Source: Candidatus Thorarchaeota archaeon (GTDB lineage: Archaea > Asgardarchaeota > Thorarchaeia > Thorarchaeales > Thorarchaeaceae). From it: 64,000 nucleotides of DNA. The stretch covers positions 192,001-256,000 of the forward strand of contig JBHLQH010000001.1 in assembly GCA_048884965.1 (NCBI GenBank), read 5' to 3'. The translations under genes were made by a program, and so were the position numbers. The notes beneath the pieces were generated by a model. The model had not been told where the DNA came from. It saw only the letters and a list, made by a program, of their open reading frames with translations, and did not search any database. Shown piece by piece: positions 38,222 to 48,698 of this stretch (position 1 is the first letter of the stretch; every line of letters begins with the position of its first letter).

Positions 38222-41200
38222 ATTGAGGGCTTTCTATTACAACGGATGGCTCTGTTCCACCTGGTGATACTACACCAATTCGCTTGTCAGCATGTCTCAT
38301 CAGATGCGTGCTCTTTGCTGGAGTGAGTAGGATGAATTGACTCCTGCGTGATGAATCATGAAGAAGTCGACTCACCATTTCAGTATTAGTAGCATCAAGA
38401 AAGGTATCAATCTCATCCATCGCATAGACTGGAGCTGGATTAGATCTCTGCAATGCTAGTATCAGACCAATCGCAATAAGAGACCTCTCACCACCAGAAC
38501 CGGCACTCAATGCTCCGAATTCTTCTCCCTTGATTCTAGTCTTGAATTCAACACCATACTCCTGACTGGATGTGCTAAGCTGAAATTTCACTTCTCCTGC
38601 GAATCTTACGGTTCCAAGAATTAGGTTCACTTCTGTTTCTACCTTGTTCAGAACGTCATTCATTCCATCATGATACTGCTTCTTGATGTCCTTGACTGTT
38701 TCCTCAGCCTCTTTCAATTCCTCTTGGATATCCCCGACCTTAGTTTTCAATTCTAAAAGCCTGTCCTTGAGCTGATTCTCTGTGTGTGCGATTGTTTCAG
38801 AGATATCTCGATATTCATCTAATTGATGCCTGACACGGAGTAATTCATCCCTGACGGTATCAATCTCTCTAACGTTCTTCGGTCTTTTGCTCCCTTTGAG
38901 ATCTTCCTCGATGTTGGTTTTTTGATGTTGATATGTATCATGCTGTCGTTTCGATTGAAGAACTTGATACCTGCTGTTCTTCACCTGTAGATTCAACTCG
39001 AGTATCCTACCGCTTATTTCGCGAATGTTCCCTCGTATTTCCGTCTGTTGAGCAATAAGGTCATTGTACTTGACTGAGGTCTGATCCAAGCTCTCTCTTA
39101 GATTCTCGATGCTCTCCACAATCACAGAACCTTCGGATTTGGTAGAGCTTATCTCTTCACGAAGTTCATCAGCTCTTTCTGAGAGCATTCTTGTACTCTC
39201 CTCAAGTCCGCGAAGTTCCTGTCTCTTCGTTGCCTCATCTCTCTCAGTTACTTGGAGCTTTCCCTCAATTTCTGATAGCTGACTTCTAAGCTTTCGATAT
39301 CTCATTCTAATTGCAGACTGCTCTCCAACCAATCTACTGCGTTCAGGTGGTTGAGTCGAGTCCAATTTCTTAAGGACCCTTTCAGCCTCTCCAATCTTAC
39401 TTTGTAAGTCTTTGATATCATCATCCAAGGCTACTATCCGTTCTTCCTGTTGAGGAATCATATCACGAAGTTTCTTTCTCCGCTCCCATGTTCCACTCCA
39501 TCTAGTGATTTGACTGATTAGATCCATTATCTCTTCTCGCTCTTGAGTAACCTTCTCAATTCCACTCATGACTTCTGTCACTCGATTCTGTGCGAATTTG
39601 AGTTCTGTTTCTGCATCTCCTAGCCTTGCCTGAAGGGGTGCTGTTGCGATCACACCAGTGGGTTCTTGTCTTGGATAACTCACAATTCTCGTTTCTGAGG
39701 GTTCCATTCTTTGTCCCTCTAGGGAAACTGATAGCAAACCTTCTTTCTCTGACACTCTTGTGGAATCTTGGAACTTCGATACAACAACATAATCACCAAA
39801 TGCTTGTCTCAACTTGACAACAGATTCATCGTCTAGCTTGAGAAGTTCCCAAAGCCATCCCTCAACGCCCTTCCTCTTTGGTAGTTCAGGCTTTTCTGCA
39901 AGGGATTTACTTGATCGAAGAAGAATGATGGGTGAGCTGGCTTCAATTTCATTTCGAAGTCGTGTAAGTAGAGTGTACTCGGCTTCGTCCTCAACTAGGA
40001 ACGAGAACGCCATTTGACTTGGAATGACTGCTTCAAGTGCGGACGCGTATTCATCACTACCTGTAAGGAATTCAATTATTGGTCCTGTAACGGTTTCCAA
40101 CTTGTGTTCATGAACAGCCTCTTTCAGCTTTAGGACATTATCAGGTATCCTCTTCGAGCTCTCTGTTAATCTAACCTTGATCTCGTCTATCTCCTTCTGA
40201 AGTTGAGCCACTTGGCTTACGAATCTGAATCTTGACTCATTTAGATTAGAGAGTTCTCGTTCAGCCTGTGCTTTCTTCTTTACTAGTTCCTTTTCGTCGG
40301 TTCCTTCAAGAACAGTCCAAACATGCCCCCATTTATTCTCGATCGCTTGTAATTCAGCTTCATCCACCTGAAGCTTCTCTTGGAGGCTCCTGAAAAGAAG
40401 GTCCTTTCCTTTCAGATCGACCTGAAGCGCCCTGAAAGTTCCCAATGCATCTGACCTTCTGGTATTCCAATCTGCAAATGCTGCCAGCTCGTTTTCTATT
40501 CTAGTTCGTTCCTCTTCAATTTCATCTAGACTTAGAGTGGTCTGTTTCTGATCTTCTAACATGTGCTCCTTCGCTGAGCTTACTCTTCGGAGGTCCTCCT
40601 TTGTCTTGTCCATCTTACGTTTATCTACAGTGATTCTTTTCTCCAGCTCTCTAATCTCATCAAGAGTAGACTTAGTTTCCGATTCTATCTTGGATAATCT
40701 CCTCTCCTCCTCTTCAATTCGGGCGGTGATACTTCCCATCTCCCGCTGAAGTAGAGAGGTCTCCTTCTCAATTACTGTAGCCTTTTGCTCTTCCTTTGTG
40801 ATGGTTTCCTCGAATTTGGAGGTTTCCTCTAGGATCTCTCCAAGACCAAGTTCTTTCTCTTCTATTTCCTGCTTGATATCATCAATCCTTTTCGTTAAAT
40901 CATCTAGAGTAGCCCATTTGACTTCTTTATCCAATTCTTTCTCTTGAGTGAGAAGCTCTCTCTTGCGTTGAAGTCGATCAACATCATGCTGGAGCAGCTC
41001 AATTTCTCGTTCTACAATCTTCGCCTCGCTAGTGGCTGCTTCCAATCTCTCACGACTAAACTGAACTTTCACTTCTTCCATCAGAATTCGGTCACGAAGA
41101 ACACTAAGTCCCGTTCCCTCTTCCACTAATTTCCTCACCTCTATTGGATCCATATCTCTGAGAGCATTGATTCTCTCCTGAGGCATGAAAACTAGCGGAT

Positions 41201-41579
41201 TATCCATATCAAAACCCAGACTATCGACAAGTGTTTGAAGCTCTGCAGCCTTTACCCTTTTGCCATCAACATACGCCCTTGGTATTCCGTCTCTGGTGAT
41301 CTTTCTAGTGAAGGTTCGAAACTGACCATTAACCCGTACCTTGACTTCGACCTCTGCTGAATTGGCACCATGGCGAATAAAATCACTCCATTTGGAGTAT
41401 CTATTCTCTCTCTGATTAGAGCCTAGAGCGAATTTGATTGCATGAAAGATGGATGTCTTTCCTGATCCATTTGGTCCGACGATCACAGTGAGACCTGAAT
41501 CAAACTGAACCAACCCCTCATAGAATGAGAGGAAATTCTTCAATTTGACCGATTCAATGTTTGCGTCGAACTTTCTCAA
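38208..41579 (-). CDS. smc: SMC protein, Smc5/6 (coalescin)-like
   Basis: GPNGSGKT, Q-loop NPLVFMPQERI, long coiled coils, central hinge, GSGGERS, MDEIDTFLD, QFILLTP. Confidence 0.9.
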   Translation of the reverse strand: MRKFDANIESVKLKNFLSFYEGLVQFDSGLTVIVGPNGSGKTSIFHAIKFALGSNQRENRYSKWSDFIRHGANSAEVEVKVRVNGQFRTFTRKITRDGIPRAYVDGKRVKAAELQTLVDSLGFDMDNPLVFMPQERINALRDMDPIEVRKLVEEGTGLSVLRDRILMEEVKVQFSRERLEAATSEAKIVEREIELLQHDVDRLQRKRELLTQEKELDKEVKWATLDDLTKRIDDIKQEIEEKELGLGEILEETSKFEETITKEEQKATVIEKETSLLQREMGSITARIEEEERRLSKIESETKSTLDEIRELEKRITVDKRKMDKTKEDLRRVSSAKEHMLEDQKQTTLSLDEIEEERTRIENELAAFADWNTRRSDALGTFRALQVDLKGKDLLFRSLQEKLQVDEAELQAIENKWGHVWTVLEGTDEKELVKKKAQAERELSNLNESRFRFVSQVAQLQKEIDEIKVRLTESSKRIPDNVLKLKEAVHEHKLETVTGPIIEFLTGSDEYASALEAVIPSQMAFSFLVEDEAEYTLLTRLRNEIEASSPIILLRSSKSLAEKPELPKRKGVEGWLWELLKLDDESVVKLRQAFGDYVVVSKFQDSTRVSEKEGLLSVSLEGQRMEPSETRIVSYPRQEPTGVIATAPLQARLGDAETELKFAQNRVTEVMSGIEKVTQEREEIMDLISQITRWSGTWERRKKLRDMIPQQEERIVALDDDIKDLQSKIGEAERVLKKLDSTQPPERSRLVGEQSAIRMRYRKLRSQLSEIEGKLQVTERDEATKRQELRGLEESTRMLSERADELREEISSTKSEGSVIVESIENLRESLDQTSVKYNDLIAQQTEIRGNIREISGRILELNLQVKNSRYQVLQSKRQHDTYQHQKTNIEEDLKGSKRPKNVREIDTVRDELLRVRHQLDEYRDISETIAHTENQLKDRLLELKTKVGDIQEELKEAEETVKDIKKQYHDGMNDVLNKVETEVNLILGTVRFAGEVKFQLSTSSQEYGVEFKTRIKGEEFGALSAGSGGERSLIAIGLILALQRSNPAPVYAMDEIDTFLDATNTEMVSRLLHDSSRRSQFILLTPAKSTHLMRHADKRIGVVSPGGTEPSVVIESPQFEEQ

Positions 41580-41583
41580 TGGT

Positions 41584-42654
41584 TTACCTTCCCATTATTC
41601 TGCTTAATCTATCACTGGTGCGCTTTGCTCGCATCAATCTGGTAAGTCTATCTTCTGCGTTCCCTGTTAGGAGGAATGGGTACCTGCTCAAGAACTCTGC
41701 ATCTGCTGGAGCTAATGGTAGGCTCGCATTCAAGGACTCGATGACACGTTGTGTTCCTTGGAAATCATCACCAACGGCCATTAGATACAGTTGGTCCAAG
41801 AAGTCATCAGGATAAGAGTGCTCGATTGACTCATAGGTAGGAACATGACTCCCCTGAGTTGTACGTGAAATTCTCTGACGTGTTTCACTTCGTGATATTC
41901 CAATTATTCCGCTCGAATCCAAAATCTGTTCGAGCTTGCCTCTGGGTATCGGGTTTGATTCCTCGGGCACATCTGTGTGAAGAGTTACTGAGAGATGCAC
42001 TAAATCAGAAAATCCCCAGCCTTCTGTGATTTCCGCCAGAGTTGTTGGATCCAAGTCTTTTCTTCCCTCTAAAAGCGATTCAAGCACTTTTACCCTCTCC
42101 TCCATTTGTATGGTTTCAAAGATAAAAACACGGTCAAAAGTCGTAAGTATCTCATCTTCTATCCGTTCGGGGAAGACAGTTGCCGCAACTACCGCGATCT
42201 CATGTTGATCCCATGTTGTTTCTCTAAGAGCACTAAGAAAGACAGAAGCATATTCCTTGCCTTTCTCTGCCAGGGCATCTAGCTTGTCGATATAGATGAC
42301 AGCTGGCGAATTTCGCTTGGCGAATTCAACTAATGTTCTTATGGCATCAGATACTTGGTGAGCTTCTCCGAATGCATGAGTCAGTCTTAAGCGAATGATC
42401 TTCAGTGGCGTTTCATATGCAATATGGTGAACAAAGGATTCAAAGTCGGTTCCTGCCGCTCCAAGGAGGAGTACTCTTCCACCAAAGATCAATCCCTTGC
42501 CATGCAGCTTCTCTCGGAAGCTACCATATTTGGCAAGCACACTCTGGAACTTCTTTGCCTTATCTAGAACCGAAGGCTGACTAAATCGGTCAGCGTCCAA
42601 ATCTTCTGGTTCTTCTAGGATTACAACCTCGGTAATGGCGTCTGGTCTACTCAC
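41584..42654 (-). CDS. Inactivated classical-clade AAA+ protein (CDC48/PAN/Vps4-like pseudo-ATPase)
   Basis: VLLLGAAGTDFE (no GKT), IYIDKLDAL (E to K), AATV, LTTFDR, LAEITEGW. Confidence 0.75.
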   Translation of the reverse strand: MSRPDAITEVVILEEPEDLDADRFSQPSVLDKAKKFQSVLAKYGSFREKLHGKGLIFGGRVLLLGAAGTDFESFVHHIAYETPLKIIRLRLTHAFGEAHQVSDAIRTLVEFAKRNSPAVIYIDKLDALAEKGKEYASVFLSALRETTWDQHEIAVVAATVFPERIEDEILTTFDRVFIFETIQMEERVKVLESLLEGRKDLDPTTLAEITEGWGFSDLVHLSVTLHTDVPEESNPIPRGKLEQILDSSGIIGISRSETRQRISRTTQGSHVPTYESIEHSYPDDFLDQLYLMAVGDDFQGTQRVIESLNASLPLAPADAEFLSRYPFLLTGNAEDRLTRLMRAKRTSDRLSRIMGR

Positions 42655-42812
42655 TGTGCACCCCTCGGCGTCATGCTAGTTTTGAAAATGAAGCCATATT
42701 ATCCCTTCGAAGCCTGCGTTTTTTTCGCGCCTTTCCATTTTTCGATTCGCGCCCTGACCGTATCAACCATAAGCCCTCAAGCTCCCGATATTTGTGCTCG
42801 AGATGAGGGAAA

Positions 42813-44528
42813 ATGACAAAGACAACTGAAAGCCTCAGGGAAAGCATATGGCAGGTGATCACTACAGTTGAGAGTAGAGGTCTCTTCGTCCACTCTGAGG
42901 AACTTCCCATCAAGTATAAGGCACAGGCGCGCTCAAGCTCCAAGATTAGCTCAGTACGACTACCACTTATTGCAGGAGCATGCGTTTTGAATTCACTGGT
43001 CCCTCGCTCAGCAATGCTCCTCGTAGGTGGACATGGCGGCGGAAAGACCACCCTTATCAAACTCTTGGGACGCATGTTAACTGGTAGGAGCCTCGATGAG
43101 ATTGATGAGGGTATGCTCAGAGGACATCCCCAGCTAACGGAGGAGAAGATGGTTGCAACTCTACGACCCGGTCCGCTCATGAAGGATGGAGTCGAAGTCG
43201 TTGTATGGCGTCAGTTCGTAACTAACTTCTGGAAGATTATCGATGAAGCCAATCGTTTGACACCACATGCTCAGAATATTCTTCTTTCCATGCTAGCTGA
43301 AGGTGAATTGAAGTATTACGATGAAGTCATGCACTGCGATGATTACTGTCTTTATGCAACGATGAATCCCACTGATAGTGGCACCTTTGACCTTGCACCG
43401 CCTTTCCTTGACCGTTTTGGTATGGCTGTCCCTATAACTATGCCAACCATCGATGATCTCGAACTCATACTTTCCTCGCGTGATGATCGCCTTTTTGGCT
43501 ATGATGAGATGTGGCAAGTACCGGCGATTACTACCGAGGAGGATTTGCTGACAATATGGAACCTTGCAGACAAGGTACCAGTATCACAGGAGGCATCAGA
43601 GTTCATGAGATCTCTTGTGCGTGAATTTGGGGCGTGTATCCGGGTTGATAAGAGTCAGACTCACTCCCTGACTGTTGAAACTGGTCTCTGCGATAGTTGT
43701 CACTATAACACAGCCAAGAGTGTGTGCAATAAGGTCATCATTCCTCTCAGCGTTCGCGCGGTCAAAGACCTCAATCGCTATAGTAAGGCTGCTGCATGGC
43801 TTATCGGAGCTCCTGAAGTAGGCATAGAACTAGTCAAATCCTTGGCACCACTAATATTCTGGCACCGTACTCGTTTTGTGACTGAAGGTATTGAGAAATC
43901 TCCCTTCTTTGGAAACTCCTTTGAATATACGAAGCATCTAGTAGAGCTTGCCTCTTCAAGATTCGCACAGCGCGAGCCTGCCATTCGACTAATGGACAAA
44001 CTGAAACAGGGTGAAGGTGATAAGACAATACTTGAGGAGCTATCAGAAATGGGCAAGAGCGACCTTCTTGTTCGACTCGATTATATCAAGTTCGCAAAGG
44101 AATTGCAGAAATCGACCTATGCGGCGATGGTGAAGAACATAGAGAAAGCAGTGAAGTCCTCAAGTGTGAAGGACCTAACAGAGCTACAGCAGCAGATATT
44201 GGAAACGACAGATTTTCCAAATCGTAGTATGCTCCTAAGCCGAATATCTGAAGCCCTACACAAGCTAACACTCTCCCAATTCTCACTCACGTTTGAGCAA
44301 TGGCAGGATCTCTGGACAACGATAAGCTTGAAGATTCCCAAGATGACAAGCATTCTCAAAGAGACCCTCAAGCCACCTAAGCGAAAGGTCGTTCGGACTG
44401 ATGGCGTTACGCTTGTTGTCTATGTAACCGGAAGTACGCCCGAATCACCTGTCTTCCTTGAAATCTCAGGCGGCACACAAGCATTGGATCTACGAAAGGA
44501 AATAGAGAAACACATTTCATCCGAGTGA
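42813..44528 (+). CDS. MoxR-like AAA+ ATPase with Cys-rich insert
   Basis: GGHGGGKTT, IIDEANRL, ATMNP, PFLDRF, C...CDSC...C, LSVR. Confidence 0.82.
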   Translation: MTKTTESLRESIWQVITTVESRGLFVHSEELPIKYKAQARSSSKISSVRLPLIAGACVLNSLVPRSAMLLVGGHGGGKTTLIKLLGRMLTGRSLDEIDEGMLRGHPQLTEEKMVATLRPGPLMKDGVEVVVWRQFVTNFWKIIDEANRLTPHAQNILLSMLAEGELKYYDEVMHCDDYCLYATMNPTDSGTFDLAPPFLDRFGMAVPITMPTIDDLELILSSRDDRLFGYDEMWQVPAITTEEDLLTIWNLADKVPVSQEASEFMRSLVREFGACIRVDKSQTHSLTVETGLCDSCHYNTAKSVCNKVIIPLSVRAVKDLNRYSKAAAWLIGAPEVGIELVKSLAPLIFWHRTRFVTEGIEKSPFFGNSFEYTKHLVELASSRFAQREPAIRLMDKLKQGEGDKTILEELSEMGKSDLLVRLDYIKFAKELQKSTYAAMVKNIEKAVKSSSVKDLTELQQQILETTDFPNRSMLLSRISEALHKLTLSQFSLTFEQWQDLWTTISLKIPKMTSILKETLKPPKRKVVRTDGVTLVVYVTGSTPESPVFLEISGGTQALDLRKEIEKHISSE

Positions 44529-44538
44529 AGGTGGTCCT

Positions 44539-46230
44539 ATGGAACGAGCTGAAGGTCTTGAAACTGCCGCACTCAAAGCATGGTTCCAAGCGATCTCAGA
44601 TTTCTACAACCCTCCCTTGCCAGATCCCGTCATAGAACACGATGAGGACGCATCCTCATTCTTTTACATCGATTCTAAGAGTTGGACTGTTCATTTGAAC
44701 ACCGCTGGTGTTCCCTTGAATCTTTCAGTCAACGAATCGGAATCATACCTTCGATCTGTCTGCCACCATGAGATCCAGCATTATCTGCTATGCCCATACG
44801 ATGGCGTGACGAATGGCATGTTGTTCGCAGGTGCAAGAAAGCATCTCTCAGATAACCTTGCGATGTTCGTTTGCAATATATTTGCAGACCTTGTTGTAGA
44901 CTCCAATCTTCTCAAAAGATACCAGATAGTGACTCACTCAAGAATTACGACATCCATTCACGACTCCTCGCTAAGGACACGAGATCACAGCCCACTTTGG
45001 AAGCTAGTCATTGCGATCTATCGCTGGATGTGGGGTTTTCCTATCCCCACAGGTGTTGATATTGATCAAGCGACCATCCAAACGGCGAACCTAATCACAG
45101 AGACTGCCAAGGAGTATCTTGAGAACGAGTCTCGATGGCCAAAGGCTACTGAGATGATTGCGAAGATTGTGTCAGAATGGCTTCCAGAACAAGAAGAGGA
45201 ATTTGGTGGGACCGGATTGCAAGAGGGACCTGAAGATGGGTCGATTCTGGTTCCTGCTGACCTTGATGGAGTAATGGGTAGTCCGACTGAGGATCGGAAT
45301 GGGGATCGCGCCAGAAAATGCATTTCACCTGAAGAAGTTTCAAATATCGATGAAGAGATGGAGCGATTAGCAGTTGAAGTGGAAGAGCGTGGGGGTAGCC
45401 TGAAAGACCTTGAAGCTGTCTATATCATAGCTGGTGCTGGCACGGGCAATAAGGATTGGATTCGTTTCTGGTACCGAGCGAAAGTTAGAGGGGTGCTCAG
45501 ATTTCAGGTTCGTCAAATGAGACCTCAAGGGGCAGTCCCTCTCAACCCGAGTCCTTGGCGACTTGGTGACCCTATTGAAGAATTGGATGTTGTGCAATCT
45601 CTACAGACATTTCCTGTATTGGTACCAAACATGTCGACACGCAGGTGGCTCAGAACGGTTTACTATGGTGAGGACCCTCGGAGCGAATTACCCGATCTTC
45701 TTGTGGTACTCGATTCCAGTGGCTCAATGACCTGGTCAATGGGCAAGAGTGACCTTAGGGGTGCCTATCATGTCGCATTGGTTTCTGCTTTAGCTGCAGT
45801 TGATACGGCACTTCGAAAGGGCAGTAGTATTTCTGCGATTAACTTCTCAGGAAATATCCTGAAGTGTGGGTGGACTCGTGACCGTTCCGAAATCGAACGG
45901 ACACTGCTCGCATATCAAGGTGGTGGAACCGTTATGCCAATCAATACCATCCAGGAGCTGTGTGATGAGTCCCTCTCTTCGGTGATGAGCGTCATTATCA
46001 CAGACGTAGGAATATCTAATTGGGGTCCATTTGTAAAAACAATTGAGAAACTCTCGAAGCAAGGACATAAGATGTTCATCTTCCATATCGGTGGTAAGAA
46101 AGAGAAGGTCTCGAAATCTGTCAATCAACTCATGCAGGCAGGAGCTTTTGTTATACCCGTTTCGAGTGTAAGAGACTTACCTGGACTCGTTGTGTCGGAA
46201 GTTCATCGAACATACATGCCCAGTACCTAA
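44539..46230 (+). CDS. HExxH (zincin-like) plus vWA domain protein
   Basis: HHEIQH, NIFADLVVD; MIDAS DSSGSM, GGGT, ITD. Confidence 0.82.
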   Translation: MERAEGLETAALKAWFQAISDFYNPPLPDPVIEHDEDASSFFYIDSKSWTVHLNTAGVPLNLSVNESESYLRSVCHHEIQHYLLCPYDGVTNGMLFAGARKHLSDNLAMFVCNIFADLVVDSNLLKRYQIVTHSRITTSIHDSSLRTRDHSPLWKLVIAIYRWMWGFPIPTGVDIDQATIQTANLITETAKEYLENESRWPKATEMIAKIVSEWLPEQEEEFGGTGLQEGPEDGSILVPADLDGVMGSPTEDRNGDRARKCISPEEVSNIDEEMERLAVEVEERGGSLKDLEAVYIIAGAGTGNKDWIRFWYRAKVRGVLRFQVRQMRPQGAVPLNPSPWRLGDPIEELDVVQSLQTFPVLVPNMSTRRWLRTVYYGEDPRSELPDLLVVLDSSGSMTWSMGKSDLRGAYHVALVSALAAVDTALRKGSSISAINFSGNILKCGWTRDRSEIERTLLAYQGGGTVMPINTIQELCDESLSSVMSVIITDVGISNWGPFVKTIEKLSKQGHKMFIFHIGGKKEKVSKSVNQLMQAGAFVIPVSSVRDLPGLVVSEVHRTYMPST

Positions 46231-46311
46231 ACCTTTATCAAAGCCCTCGCTGCGCGTCCGCGCGTGTCTCATATCCCACTAGTGGGCACCTCCGACACGA
46301 GGCAATGAAAA

Positions 46312-47172
46312 ATGTACGAAATCATGGTCAAGAAAGTATTGGCCGATGTCGCTGGGACTCGTACAACTATGATGGTTGTCAAGGCTCCAGATGTGGCACG
46401 TGTTTGCCAACCCGGTCAGTTTGTTATCATTCGTGTCAATGAAACAGGTGAACGTATTCCTCTCACTGTAGCTGATTTCAATCGTGAAAAGGGCGAAGTC
46501 ACAATTGTCTTTCAAGAAGTTGGCAAGAGCACGAAGTTGCTTGGAACACTTGACAAAGGTGAGTTCATAGAGGACTTTGTTGGACCTCTTGGAAAGGCGA
46601 CACCTACTGACAAGAACTATGGAACCGTGGTTGCTATTGGTGGAGGTTGTGGAAGCGCAATCGCATACCCTGTAGCCAGAGCTTTCAAAGAAGCAGGCAA
46701 CTACTTGATTACAATTAATGGGGCTCGAAGCATGGACCTTCTCATCTATAGAAATGAGATGGCTACAATAAGCGATGAGTCATACGAAACAACCGATGAT
46801 GGATCATGCGGAGTACATGGATTCGTCACAAATGTACTGGGCGACCTCATTGAAAAAGGACGAAAGATTGACCTTGTATTTGCTGTTGGTCCTGTCCCAA
46901 TGATGAAGTTCGTAGCAAAGACCACTGAAGCAAAAGGTATCCATACGATTGTGAGTCTGAACAGCATAATGGTCGATGGGACAGGGATGTGTGGAGCATG
47001 CAGAGTATCTGTTGGCGGCCAGATGAAATTCTCGTGTGTGGATGGACCTGAGTTTGATGGACACCAAGTGGACTTCAATGAACTCATGGGACGTTTGGAT
47101 GCCTATAAAGAAAAGGAACAGGTCTCCTTGAAGGAATGGGAGACAACAACAGGAGGGCGCCTAAATGTCTGA
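46312..47172 (+). CDS. nfnA: NfnA/SudB small subunit of electron-bifurcating transhydrogenase
   Basis: PGQFVI, GERIPLT, DGTGMCGACRV...CVDGPEFD. Confidence 0.92.
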   Translation: MYEIMVKKVLADVAGTRTTMMVVKAPDVARVCQPGQFVIIRVNETGERIPLTVADFNREKGEVTIVFQEVGKSTKLLGTLDKGEFIEDFVGPLGKATPTDKNYGTVVAIGGGCGSAIAYPVARAFKEAGNYLITINGARSMDLLIYRNEMATISDESYETTDDGSCGVHGFVTNVLGDLIEKGRKIDLVFAVGPVPMMKFVAKTTEAKGIHTIVSLNSIMVDGTGMCGACRVSVGGQMKFSCVDGPEFDGHQVDFNELMGRLDAYKEKEQVSLKEWETTTGGRLNV

Positions 47173-48583
47173 TTCAGAACCAAAGAAGGAGAGAAAGCCT
47201 CCGACAAAGAAGCTACCAATGCCTGAACAGGATCCCAATGTGAGGCGAAAGAACTTCAATGAAGTAGCATTAGGTTATTCTGCGGAACAGGCTGTAGAGG
47301 AAGCGAAGAAATGCATGCAGTGCAGAAATCCCAAATGTATCAGTGGGTGTCCTGTCGAGGTACCAATCAAGGAATTTGTAGCTCTTCTACAAGAAGGCAA
47401 ATTCATGGATGCGGCAATGAAGATCAAGGAAACGAATAGCTTACCTGCAGTATGCGGCCGTGTTTGTCCTCAAGAAACTCAATGTGAAGCTTCATGCATT
47501 TATGGCATACGAAATGAACCAATCGCCATAGGCCGGTTGGAGCGTTTTGTTGCAGATTATGCTCGAGAACATGGTGAATCCCTGCCTGATCTACCTCCGA
47601 AAATTGGCAAGAAAGTCGCAGTGATTGGCTGTGGACCTGCTGGCCTTACCTGTGCAGGGGACCTTATCCTATTGGGTTATGATGTAACAATCTTTGAGGC
47701 ATTTCACAAAGGTGGTGGAGTTCTACAATATGGAATTCCAGAATTCAGATTGCCAAAAGAAATCGTTGATGCTGAAATTGATTATCTCGAGAGACTGGGT
47801 GTTGAAGTCAAGTACAACTTCGTCGTTGGAAAAACCAGAACAATTCAGGAGCTAATGGAACTCGATGGTTATGAAGCCGCTTTCATTGGATCTGGTGCTG
47901 GTGCTCCGAATTTCATGAACATCGGTGGAATGAACCTAGTAGATGTATTCTCTGCAAATGAATTCCTGACTCGTGTAAATCTCATGAAAGGATATCTATT
48001 TCCAAAGTATGATACTCCAGTAAAGATTGGACGGCGTGTAGCGGTCATCGGAGGCGGCAACGTGGCGATGGATGCAGCTCGCACATCACTGCGACTGGGA
48101 GCAAAGGAAGTATACATTGTCTATCGTCGCTCTCGAGAAGAGATGCCTGCGAGAGCAGAGGAAGTTCACCATGCAGAGGAGGAAGGAGTACAGTTCAAGC
48201 TTCTCATCAATCCCACTGAAGTCCTCGGTGATGACAAGAATCGTGTGATAGGGATGCAATGTGTGAGAATGGAACTCGGAGAACCTGATGCTTCAGGTCG
48301 ACGAAGACCTGTCACTGTTCCGAACTCTGAGTTCGTTCTTGATGTTGACATGGTGATAGTCGCAATTGGGAACTCTCCAAATCCCATTATCCCTTCAACC
48401 ACTCCCGGTCTATCGGTTTCCAAATGGGGAACTATCGAGATAGATGAGGAATCTGGAATGACCACTGTACATGGTGTATTTGCTGGAGGCGATATTGTCA
48501 CTGGCGCTGCAACAGTCATCAGTGCAATGGGTGCTGGTAAGAGAGCCGCTCGAGGTATCCATCAGTATCTGTCTACTAAATAG
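47165..48583 (+). CDS. nfnB: NfnB/SudA large subunit (GltD-like)
   Basis: CMQC...C..GCP, CGRVCPQE.QCE, GCGPAG, GGGNVAMD, YRRS. Confidence 0.92.
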   Translation: MSDSEPKKERKPPTKKLPMPEQDPNVRRKNFNEVALGYSAEQAVEEAKKCMQCRNPKCISGCPVEVPIKEFVALLQEGKFMDAAMKIKETNSLPAVCGRVCPQETQCEASCIYGIRNEPIAIGRLERFVADYAREHGESLPDLPPKIGKKVAVIGCGPAGLTCAGDLILLGYDVTIFEAFHKGGGVLQYGIPEFRLPKEIVDAEIDYLERLGVEVKYNFVVGKTRTIQELMELDGYEAAFIGSGAGAPNFMNIGGMNLVDVFSANEFLTRVNLMKGYLFPKYDTPVKIGRRVAVIGGGNVAMDAARTSLRLGAKEVYIVYRRSREEMPARAEEVHHAEEEGVQFKLLINPTEVLGDDKNRVIGMQCVRMELGEPDASGRRRPVTVPNSEFVLDVDMVIVAIGNSPNPIIPSTTPGLSVSKWGTIEIDEESGMTTVHGVFAGGDIVTGAATVISAMGAGKRAARGIHQYLSTK

Positions 48584-48593
48584 AAAATGCTTT

Positions 48594-48639
48594 AGCTAGT
48601 AGGTGCAGAACATCCTACTAGCTTGCTCTCTTCTTTTTC
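48594..48639 (+). terminator. Hairpin plus pyrimidine tract after nfnB
   Basis: AGCTAGTAGG-N10-CCTACTAGCT then TGCTCTCTTCTTTTT. Confidence 0.7.
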
Positions 48640-48698
48640 ATCATTTCTTTTTGAAAGGTTCATTAGTCACGTATGTCTTTACAGGACTCGGTGATTCC

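Noticed and set aside
37562-41579. Wadjet (JetABCD) defence system
   Set aside because: No JetD Toprim nuclease seen; motifs and kleisin size fit Smc5/6-ScpA type better
48603-48698. N-terminal extension of nnr
   Set aside because: Spans the nfnB terminator; SD and homology support GTG 48699
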